Positions 51,048-59,626 of a stretch of DNA of 64,000 bases are shown here, piece after piece; positions within the stretch are counted from its first letter, which is position 1; each line of letters starts with the position of its first letter. This DNA is from Clostridia bacterium. Lineage in GTDB: Bacteria; Bacillota; Clostridia; TANB77; CAG-508. The position numbers and the translations under genes were made by a program. The notes under the pieces are model-generated. The model was not told the origin of the DNA. It saw only the letters and a program-made list of their open reading frames with translations, and made no database searches. The stretch lies in contig JAFROW010000008.1 of the NCBI GenBank assembly GCA_017429505.1, forward strand, positions 503 to 64,502. Direction: 5' to 3'.

Positions 51048-52865
51048 CTATTTTTCCTCTCTAGGATCAACATCAGTTTTCACTAAAATTACATCTTTAT
51101 AATCTCCACTATCTACTACATTTGAACTTATTTTATTATAACTTATTGGAACACGTAAATGTTGTAGTTTTCTTTGTCTATCTAATTCTCTTCTTATAAA
51201 TTCACTTTGTATTCTTTTAGCCTTTTTTCTTCCTTTTCTTTTTTTATTTGCATTTACGAAAAGCACAACAGCTAATTTCGCAATATTTTGCGCAGTTTCC
51301 TTGGCTTTCTTTATTGCATCTGTCTTCCATATAAAACCTTTAGTTATTATATTACTTTGAATTACAACTTCATCTTTTTTCAAATCTTCTTCCATATCTT
51401 CTTCTATAGATAATGAACCATCTTCTTCATATGTAATTATTTCTTTCTTTTTTTCCTCTATTTTCATTGAAATTGCAGGCTGATTACCACGTGTATCAAT
51501 AACACTATTTATTTTTCTTAAATAACTTCTATAATTTCTCAATTTTTCTCCAATAGGGCCTTCTTCAAAACTATGTTTAGCTTTATCATATAAATAATCA
51601 TAGAACTCATTTGGTTTTCCGTTAAAGTCTCTTACTAATCGTATCATCTCTTTTGTGTATGGCATATTTAATTTTGCCCATTCTCTTCTTGCAGATTTTG
51701 TTTCATATCCTCCAAATGGATTAGTTATTATTATTTCCCAATCTATATTATCATCTTTAAAATCTTTTTTTTCATCTTTTGTTTTAAATTCATATCCTAA
51801 ATCCATTAGTTCTCTTAAAGTCTTATGTGCTCCATATTCTATAAACTTAATTTGTTCTCCTGTTGGTATATAATTTCCATCACTATCAAGTTCAAACCCT
51901 TTTTTTGTTTTTCTTACCTTATTTTTCCTACATAAAATTTTTATTGTTTGACTAGATATTTTGTTTAAAAATTCACATTGTTTCTCATTAAGAAAAGCTA
52001 CTGACTTAGTTTCCTTATCAACTGCATAATATTTTTCACCATCAAAAAGTATAGTTATAGAGTTATATTCATCCTTCATCCAATCTGTTAATTCTTTTAC
52101 TGCAGTTAAACTATATTTATTTCCTTCAGAATCAAGTTCTTGCATATAAGTTTCTAGAATATAATTTATTTCGTTTGCTAATCGATTTTCATTTGTTAAA
52201 CCTTGCATGCTTGAAATATACCTTGAAAACTTATATGGAAGACAATGTCTTTGTCCATTAAACTCTACAATAAATGTTCCATCTGTTAATACATCTATAA
52301 TATATTTAGGTACATTTTTGTTGTTTATAGTTTCTAATGTATCTGTATCTAGCTCTTTATCTGAAGGATTTAAAAACATGTTTTTTATAATGTTTTGTTT
52401 AATAGCTTTTATATCTCTATATATTGAGTTTTCATCATCTTTATCATATATATCAAGTTTTTCTATAAGATGTATTAATTCTTGATCAGTAACATATATT
52501 TCTTTTCCTTTTAAACTAATCTTACATATTCTATTTTTATCTATTTGAATAGAATCTCCAGACTCTTTATATAATTCAATTATTTGAAATGGAATTTCTC
52601 CATTTTCTGTTTTTTCAAGTTCTTCACGAAAAAATCTTCTATATGATATTTGTTGACTAGTTCTTCTTGCCTCTTCTACACTTTTTGCCATTGGAACTTG
52701 ATCACATTCTTTAATAAATTCTTCCATAGCTTCTATAAGAGTAAGTTTTAACTTTTTTAGTTTTCTTCTATCCGCTTCTGTATTGCTTTCTATTCTAATC
52801 ATATTAGCATTTATATTTTTCTTTCTATTACTAATAAATTGTAAAAGCTCTTCTAAACTTGGCAT
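51048..52865 (-). CDS. Hypothetical protein, 605 aa
   Basis: Long ORF, SD GAGGAGG, closely spaced with its neighbours; no recognisable motif. Confidence 0.8.
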   Translation of the reverse strand: MPSLEELLQFISNRKKNINANMIRIESNTEADRRKLKKLKLTLIEAMEEFIKECDQVPMAKSVEEARRTSQQISYRRFFREELEKTENGEIPFQIIELYKESGDSIQIDKNRICKISLKGKEIYVTDQELIHLIEKLDIYDKDDENSIYRDIKAIKQNIIKNMFLNPSDKELDTDTLETINNKNVPKYIIDVLTDGTFIVEFNGQRHCLPYKFSRYISSMQGLTNENRLANEINYILETYMQELDSEGNKYSLTAVKELTDWMKDEYNSITILFDGEKYYAVDKETKSVAFLNEKQCEFLNKISSQTIKILCRKNKVRKTKKGFELDSDGNYIPTGEQIKFIEYGAHKTLRELMDLGYEFKTKDEKKDFKDDNIDWEIIITNPFGGYETKSARREWAKLNMPYTKEMIRLVRDFNGKPNEFYDYLYDKAKHSFEEGPIGEKLRNYRSYLRKINSVIDTRGNQPAISMKIEEKKKEIITYEEDGSLSIEEDMEEDLKKDEVVIQSNIITKGFIWKTDAIKKAKETAQNIAKLAVVLFVNANKKRKGRKKAKRIQSEFIRRELDRQRKLQHLRVPISYNKISSNVVDSGDYKDVILVKTDVDPREEK

Positions 52866-52898
52866 TTTTTACCTCCTCGTTTTTTATCTTGCTTATTA

Positions 52899-54323
52899 TT
52901 ATCTATCTATACCTTTTTCAAATATTTTTCCAACATTCGAATTTTTGGGTTGTATCGTTGTATTTTCTAAAAAGTTATTTTCAAAAGCTGTTGTCGTTGT
53001 ACTTCTTTCAAATGCATTTTTAAAAGCTTTTGTTTTTCTTCCCTCAAATGCATCTTCAAAAGCACTTGCTACTTTTTCTATACCTTTATAATCTATAAGC
53101 TTTGGGTCTAATCTAATATATTCTTTTAGTAGATATGTAGCTGCTTTAGCTCCACTTTCAAACTCTTGTTCATTATAAATATTTACTGTACTTTTTCCTT
53201 TTTTCACAAAAATATCATAGCTTCCTTTAAGATAATAAGCCATTTGTGGTTCAATATCATCAAATTTATAATCTGTACCATTTTCTGTATTATATTTTTC
53301 TAAAAATTTTACATAATCTTCCTTTAAAGAATATGACCATTGCATTACTCCAAAAAATTTGAATGCATCTCTTGAAACTGCATTAGGATTAAGTCCTGAT
53401 AAAAATAGCATATCTACTAGTGTTCCTATATTTTGTTCATCTTTTACTCCTTCACTTTTTAAATATGCATAAGCTTTAGATGCTACTTCTATCTGTTTGT
53501 CTGTTAAATTTAAAGTATTTTCATTTTCTAATTTTTGTTTTGCTTCTTGATAGTACATATATTTATATATTGCTTTTTCATATTTTTCTTTCAAAAGTTG
53601 TCTATCTTCTTTACTTATTTCTCTACCAATGCCTAATTCTTCATCTATAATACGATCGAAATTTTGATTTTTTATCATCCTGTCCCAAGGCACCTTTGCA
53701 AACCAAAGAGGTCTTATATCTATATTATTATTATTTCCTATATTGTATTTTAACGGAAATCTATCTACTTTCCCCTCTATTCCTGTATTACCTTCAACTG
53801 TTGAAAACTTGCCGTCTTTATAATCTATAACTATTCCCATATGATCTATAAAGTCAGGATTACTATCTGAATCGAAAAATACAAGATTTCCTGCTTGTGG
53901 AATATGACTTGCATCATTTTTTACTATTAATCCTTGATCTTTATACCATTTTAAAAATTTAGCAATGTTTAAATATTTAGCTCCCTGTGGTATTACATCT
54001 TCTGATATTCCACTTCGTTTTGCACTGTCCATTATAAATTCTGCAGAACTTACATCACTTATTTCACCTATATGGCTTTGAGCTTCTTTTACATATCTTT
54101 CTATTAAAAGTTGTCTGTCTTTTTTACTTATGTCTCTACCAATGCCTTGTTCCTCATCTTCATTTTGAGTATTGTTTTGATTTACAATGCTTACATGTTG
54201 TAAATTTGGTGTTAATGCAACCATAATTGCTGCTATAATTCCTGCTAATCTAACACTCATTCCTCTTATTATTCCTTTTTTACTTTCATTTTTATTTTCC
54301 ATTTCTTTCAATCTCCTTTTCAT
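52899..54323 (-). CDS. CHAP plus phage-tail-lysozyme-like protein with both catalytic residues substituted
   Basis: Paralogue of the C-terminal half of 54330 (EDVIPQGA, VFFDSD, KFSTVEGNT, WFAKVPW); Cys replaced by Ser and Glu by Leu. Confidence 0.8.
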   Translation of the reverse strand: MKRRLKEMENKNESKKGIIRGMSVRLAGIIAAIMVALTPNLQHVSIVNQNNTQNEDEEQGIGRDISKKDRQLLIERYVKEAQSHIGEISDVSSAEFIMDSAKRSGISEDVIPQGAKYLNIAKFLKWYKDQGLIVKNDASHIPQAGNLVFFDSDSNPDFIDHMGIVIDYKDGKFSTVEGNTGIEGKVDRFPLKYNIGNNNNIDIRPLWFAKVPWDRMIKNQNFDRIIDEELGIGREISKEDRQLLKEKYEKAIYKYMYYQEAKQKLENENTLNLTDKQIEVASKAYAYLKSEGVKDEQNIGTLVDMLFLSGLNPNAVSRDAFKFFGVMQWSYSLKEDYVKFLEKYNTENGTDYKFDDIEPQMAYYLKGSYDIFVKKGKSTVNIYNEQEFESGAKAATYLLKEYIRLDPKLIDYKGIEKVASAFEDAFEGRKTKAFKNAFERSTTTTAFENNFLENTTIQPKNSNVGKIFEKGIDR

Positions 54324-54329
54324 TTTTTA

Positions 54330-56726
54330 TTATCTTTCCTCACTTCTAAAGGCTAATCCTTTTTTATTTTCTTCAATTATTTGTCCATAGTATCTTTCTT
54401 TTTTTTCTTCTATCTCTTTATCTTCTGCTTTACATAAAAATTCTTCTACTTGTTTTACAAATTTGTTCCAATCAAAATTAGTAACATCTTTTTCATTTAA
54501 TTGTTTTGTATAACTTGATAAAATTATATTTTTTTGATTTTTTTTATTAAAAGATATATTTTTTTGATGATTTTTTATTATATTGTTATAGAACTTTTGC
54601 GCTGTTTCACCTCTGTTTGGATCAATATATTCTGGTCTTTCCCAATGTTCACAAAACCACATTGCTGCTTCTCTTGCATCTTTAAAATCTGTTTCCAAAT
54701 ATGCTTCAATTGTACGTTTATCACCATATGTATCTGGATCTCCATATAATAAATAATCCATTTGCACTAAGGTATTTCTCCAATCATAATTAGTGCCATG
54801 TTCTTTATTATATTTTTCAGTATACTCTAGTAAAGCTGTTTTTCGTCCCTCTGTCCATTGGCAATATCCTATTGAATCATATCCATCAGAAGATTTAGCT
54901 GCTATATGAAATGACGATTCATGATAAATATTTGCCCATATTCCAGCCATATGTATTAAATCTATATTTTTTTGTCTTAAAATATTAGCAACATCTTGAG
55001 CATTTTTTGATTGTTCATTATTAAATCCTAATCCTATGTCTACATCATCTGCTGTTATTTCACCTTTTATTGTTACTTGTGTTTGGCTTTTCTCTTGTTC
55101 TGGTACCATATTATTCCAAGGCACCTTTGCAAACCACATAGGCTTCATTTTTCCACTATTGTCAACTTTATTATCTCCAATTTTATATTTCAAATCATAT
55201 ACTGATACCTTCCCGCCTGTAGTATTTCCTTCAACTGTTGAAAATTTACCTTCTTTTGAATCTGTTACAACTCCTACATGATTTATCCATTCAGAATCAC
55301 CATCAGAATCAAAAAACACAATATCTCCTTCTTGTGGAATATAACTTCCATCATTTTTTACTATTAACCCTTGCTTTTCAAAAAACTTATACATCACTGC
55401 ACAACTTGCATATTGAGCTCCCTGTGGTATTACATCTTCAGGCACTCCATTATCATATGCCAAACGCATTATAGCGGCTGCACAATACTGATCTTTTGCT
55501 GAAGAACCTAATCCTAAATATTTAGTATATTTTTCGTCTTCATTTGTATCCCCCTTACGATTTTTAAATGCTTGTACATAATTATGTCTTGCATTTTTCT
55601 GCATTTGAGAAGACGTAAAATTTGAAACACTTTGAGATGATGTGAAATTTGAAACATAATTATTGTTATTATTTGTATAATAGTTTCCACCTTGATACCC
55701 AATTGCTTCGTCTAATTCTTCTTGAATTGCCAAACTACTGCTTGTTTCTACCAAATCTTTCGTTTCAATATTTATTCCAAAACCATTTAAAGAATATGTA
55801 GTTACATATAGTTTATTTGTATTAATGTCATATTGAACATCTGAGCCAAGTACTCTGTTTTTTGAATCACCTTTTTTATAGTATTCAGAAATACCTTTTG
55901 CATATATATAAATTGGTTGTTTATTTAATGCCATAGAATTTTTCTCATTTATTTGGTCTTTTATTTCTTTTGCTTCAACTTGGTACTCTTTTTCATCTAT
56001 CCAATAAATAGCTTCATTACCTATAAGCTTTATTTCTGTTCCCTTCTTTAATGTTTGCTCACCAAAAGCTTCTGTTTTTATTTTTACATCTTGTTTTGTT
56101 TTAAATGTATTTGCAATATTTAAATCAACATCATTTTTGGAAATTAATGCATATTTATCATTCCTAAAATCATATTTAATTAAATAATAGTCGCCATTTT
56201 CGACTTTTATTTTTCTTCCTGCAAAAAGCTTTTTTGATGGTATTTGTACCATTTTTTGTTCTTCTTTATCAGCAAATTTATATCCAAACATATTACATGG
56301 TATTGCTTGAATATTACTATCATCTTTAGTCGTAAAGAACCAATACTGTTTTTGCCATTGCAATGCTGTTGCATAAGCTTCAGGAGAAATGTTTTCTTCT
56401 GTCACAGTATCAGGAATTCCCAATGCTTTTCGAAATTTACCCATGTCTCCGAATTCTTTTTTTGCTGTTTCATTTAAGTCAAACATTTTAAATCCAACAT
56501 TTTCGACTAGTTGAAAAGTTTCATCCGTCATAACATCCCATAATATAGATGGACCGTTATCTATTTCTTTTTCTAGTTCTTCACTTATTTGCTCCTTACT
56601 TGAAAACTCAAATTTATCAACAAAAGTATGCCAATTGAGTAAAAGAGTAGCTGTTAAACCTGCCAATGCACTTTTTAAAATAATTTTTGGAATTTTAATA
56701 TTTTCATCTTCATTATTATCTTTCAT
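54330..56726 (-). CDS. Exported peptidoglycan hydrolase: CHAP amidase plus phage-tail-type lysozyme
   Basis: N-terminal hydrophobic segment; YCAAAI..PQEGDIVFF..HVGVV..VEGN; AGIWANIYHESS..GYCQWT..R..QMDYL..WERP. Confidence 0.87.
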   Translation of the reverse strand: MKDNNEDENIKIPKIILKSALAGLTATLLLNWHTFVDKFEFSSKEQISEELEKEIDNGPSILWDVMTDETFQLVENVGFKMFDLNETAKKEFGDMGKFRKALGIPDTVTEENISPEAYATALQWQKQYWFFTTKDDSNIQAIPCNMFGYKFADKEEQKMVQIPSKKLFAGRKIKVENGDYYLIKYDFRNDKYALISKNDVDLNIANTFKTKQDVKIKTEAFGEQTLKKGTEIKLIGNEAIYWIDEKEYQVEAKEIKDQINEKNSMALNKQPIYIYAKGISEYYKKGDSKNRVLGSDVQYDINTNKLYVTTYSLNGFGINIETKDLVETSSSLAIQEELDEAIGYQGGNYYTNNNNNYVSNFTSSQSVSNFTSSQMQKNARHNYVQAFKNRKGDTNEDEKYTKYLGLGSSAKDQYCAAAIMRLAYDNGVPEDVIPQGAQYASCAVMYKFFEKQGLIVKNDGSYIPQEGDIVFFDSDGDSEWINHVGVVTDSKEGKFSTVEGNTTGGKVSVYDLKYKIGDNKVDNSGKMKPMWFAKVPWNNMVPEQEKSQTQVTIKGEITADDVDIGLGFNNEQSKNAQDVANILRQKNIDLIHMAGIWANIYHESSFHIAAKSSDGYDSIGYCQWTEGRKTALLEYTEKYNKEHGTNYDWRNTLVQMDYLLYGDPDTYGDKRTIEAYLETDFKDAREAAMWFCEHWERPEYIDPNRGETAQKFYNNIIKNHQKNISFNKKNQKNIILSSYTKQLNEKDVTNFDWNKFVKQVEEFLCKAEDKEIEEKKERYYGQIIEENKKGLAFRSEER

Positions 56727-56735
56727 ATTCTTTCC

Positions 56736-59603
56736 CTATTTTTCTATTTCATTTTGATTGTCTTTATCTTTTTCTCCAAGTTTTCCTATTAATGTAAATC
56801 GTGCTTCAAGCTCACCTTGAGTTTGTTCTTTTACTTCTGTTCCTAAACATTTTTTATTATCTTCTGTTATTTTTATATTTTCTGGAGAACATATAGTCAT
56901 TTTTTTTCTACCAGTTCTAGCTCCCCATACATATTTATTAGTTGTGTTGTCATAATATATATGTATATCATTTGTTTCTATAAATACTTCTTTCCATCTA
57001 TCATTATATACAAGTAAATCTGAACTTGGTATAGTACCTGCAACATCCTTTCCAATAATAAGTTCACTTACAATTGCTGTATTGCCCACAATTAATATTT
57101 CCCTTCCTGCTTGTACATCATAAGCAGTTCCGTTTTGATCCGTTAATTTAGTATTTCTTATAACTAAAGCAGTACGTACAGTTTTTAATAAACTTCCATT
57201 ATTTACTAATGCATATATTTCTTTTATATTGCCATTTTCATCGACTATTTCATCTTTTATTACTCTACAATTTTTTTCTGCTGTATCAAACTTTGGATTT
57301 ACAGCATAATATGCAGGATACATTTTTTCCGAATTTAGCGAATATAACTGATTTGGATCTTCATAACTACCATTTTCATCACATATTATTCCTTGTGTAT
57401 TTGGCATTGGAATAACCATTGAATATTTCCTTTTTTCTCCTAACAGTCCAGCTACTGTTCCAAATAGTCTTTCCGCAAAATTTGGAATATCTCTTGCTCT
57501 TGGTTCTACTAGATTTTCTCCAGTTGTGTTTAATTTAGATAGAGTTGTAGCACCATTTTGCATATTTACATCATCTATTTTTATTATTCTTACACCATCT
57601 GATGTAGTTGCACCTTGTCTTGTGTTCAAAGTATTATTATCGCTTGTATTGGCTTTATATATCATATCTCCTACTTCTTTTTTATCTTTTATCTGTGCCA
57701 CAATTGCTTGTTGTTGTTCCACATTTAGTTCTTTTTTTGGTTTATAACTTCTTACTTTTGCATCTTTTGGAATTTGCAAATTAAATGTACTTATTGTATT
57801 TCCTTGAGTATCTTGAATCACATAAGGCACAATTTCAACATTCTGATATATTTCCGGAGTAATTACACCATGTGCTGATACCGAAAACTTTACACCATTA
57901 TTATATATAACACTATAAACAATTCCAAATTTTCCAGCTCTTGCAACTCTAATAGTTGACTCTGTTGTCGGGAATTTTTTAGAATTATCTTGCCACCAAT
58001 TTGAAATAGTATATTTTGGTTGAATTGCTACAATAAATTCTTCTATATTACTAGTTTTCATAGAATGGTGACTTAATTTAAATATATCAGCCCTAACATC
58101 AATCCCTTCTTCTAAAAGCTCTTTTTCTAAACCTGCTTCAATATCTCCACAAGTTAAGTAACGAATTTCTTTTCCATCTAAAGTTTGAACAGATATCCTT
58201 AATACTAAAGATTTATTATTTGTATAAGATTCATTATTATAATCTTTTCTTTTGTTATTTGGGTTATAAAGTACTTCAAATTTAGCCTTTCCTATATAAA
58301 ATGTATCATATTGTTTTAGTCTTACTACTCTTATACCCTTTTGTTTTGCAATTCTTTCTAACTTAGAATACATACTTTCTTTTCCTTCAGGCAAATATAA
58401 TGTATCTACTTTATAATTTTTCATTAAATATACTGCATTGCCCCAATGATCATCATGATTATGTGTAATTAATATATCAAAATGTTTATCTTTATAGTTT
58501 TTATCATTCATAAATTTAATAACAGAATCTCTTAAATCATCTTCCGAGGTATCTATCATTAAATAATGTCCATCACTTCCTATCATTGTCATATCACCAT
58601 GTGCTGTTCTTTTTATTTTCGGTTGTCCAGCACACTTTATGTTAGCACAATCAATTGTCATTAAAGTTTCATCTTGAGTAAAATTTACTATTTCAGTTGT
58701 ATTGGTTTGTTCATTATTGGTTGCTGTTTTACTATTTGTTTCTGTTACATTATCAGGTAATTTTTCATTATTAGATGAATGCTCATTATTTGTATTACTT
58801 AAAACATAACTAACATCAATCTCTTTTTCCTCATAGACTAATTTTCCTTTATCTGGATCAAAATATGCCTTAGTTGAATTTGGAAAGTCAAAAACCTTAA
58901 GGTGTATTATTTTTCTTTCTATACCTTTAGTACTCTTTGAATTAGCTTCGTGAACTTTCCCTATATTCACACCTTCTCCTTTTTTATGCCCAGAACTGCA
59001 TGAAACTTTTTTACCATTTCCTAAATAAAAATATACATGATTATTACGTCCACTTCCGTGATGTTCCCAAATAATATCTCCTGGAGACGCATTAGAATAA
59101 TCCCATTTTTCTCCTTTTTCAAAGTGAGCTACATCTACAGAATTTGGACAACCTCCATAGCCCCATTTTTCAGATTTAACATGTTCATTTAATATTCCTT
59201 CATGTTCCAATACTCTAAATATATACCAAGAACAATCTGAATAGCCTTTTTCTAATTTACCATGGTTTCTAAAATCTCCATGAGAAGAATCTATATAGGT
59301 AATATGTCCTCCCTTTTGAGTCGAAAAACTACATGCATAATTTAAAGTATCCTCAAGTTTTTTGATTGCTTCCAGATATTTTTCTGCATCAGTATTTGAG
59401 TTTTCTTCTATTTCTGTATTAGATTTTCCATCATTATTAGTAGTATTTGCCTCATTATTTTGTTCTATCTCTATAGCATAAACATTTTCTCCTATCGGAT
59501 TACTTGGTAATTGTGGAGTACTTCCTAGCATTGTTAAAGCAAGAGCTGCTGTACCCAATCTTATTCCTCTTTTTTTTGATTTTTTTTCAATTGGATTTTT
59601 CAT
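56736..59603 (-). CDS. Exported NlpC/P60 peptidase plus ComEC/Pce-type metallo-beta-lactamase-fold hydrolase
   Basis: Signal-like N-terminus; SDCSWYI..PGDII..HVYFYLGNG; THNHDDH, NNKSLV, GDIE, SHH. Confidence 0.87.
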   Translation of the reverse strand: MKNPIEKKSKKRGIRLGTAALALTMLGSTPQLPSNPIGENVYAIEIEQNNEANTTNNDGKSNTEIEENSNTDAEKYLEAIKKLEDTLNYACSFSTQKGGHITYIDSSHGDFRNHGKLEKGYSDCSWYIFRVLEHEGILNEHVKSEKWGYGGCPNSVDVAHFEKGEKWDYSNASPGDIIWEHHGSGRNNHVYFYLGNGKKVSCSSGHKKGEGVNIGKVHEANSKSTKGIERKIIHLKVFDFPNSTKAYFDPDKGKLVYEEKEIDVSYVLSNTNNEHSSNNEKLPDNVTETNSKTATNNEQTNTTEIVNFTQDETLMTIDCANIKCAGQPKIKRTAHGDMTMIGSDGHYLMIDTSEDDLRDSVIKFMNDKNYKDKHFDILITHNHDDHWGNAVYLMKNYKVDTLYLPEGKESMYSKLERIAKQKGIRVVRLKQYDTFYIGKAKFEVLYNPNNKRKDYNNESYTNNKSLVLRISVQTLDGKEIRYLTCGDIEAGLEKELLEEGIDVRADIFKLSHHSMKTSNIEEFIVAIQPKYTISNWWQDNSKKFPTTESTIRVARAGKFGIVYSVIYNNGVKFSVSAHGVITPEIYQNVEIVPYVIQDTQGNTISTFNLQIPKDAKVRSYKPKKELNVEQQQAIVAQIKDKKEVGDMIYKANTSDNNTLNTRQGATTSDGVRIIKIDDVNMQNGATTLSKLNTTGENLVEPRARDIPNFAERLFGTVAGLLGEKRKYSMVIPMPNTQGIICDENGSYEDPNQLYSLNSEKMYPAYYAVNPKFDTAEKNCRVIKDEIVDENGNIKEIYALVNNGSLLKTVRTALVIRNTKLTDQNGTAYDVQAGREILIVGNTAIVSELIIGKDVAGTIPSSDLLVYNDRWKEVFIETNDIHIYYDNTTNKYVWGARTGRKKMTICSPENIKITEDNKKCLGTEVKEQTQGELEARFTLIGKLGEKDKDNQNEIEK

Positions 59604-59626
59604 TTTTTATTCCTTCTTATTATCTA

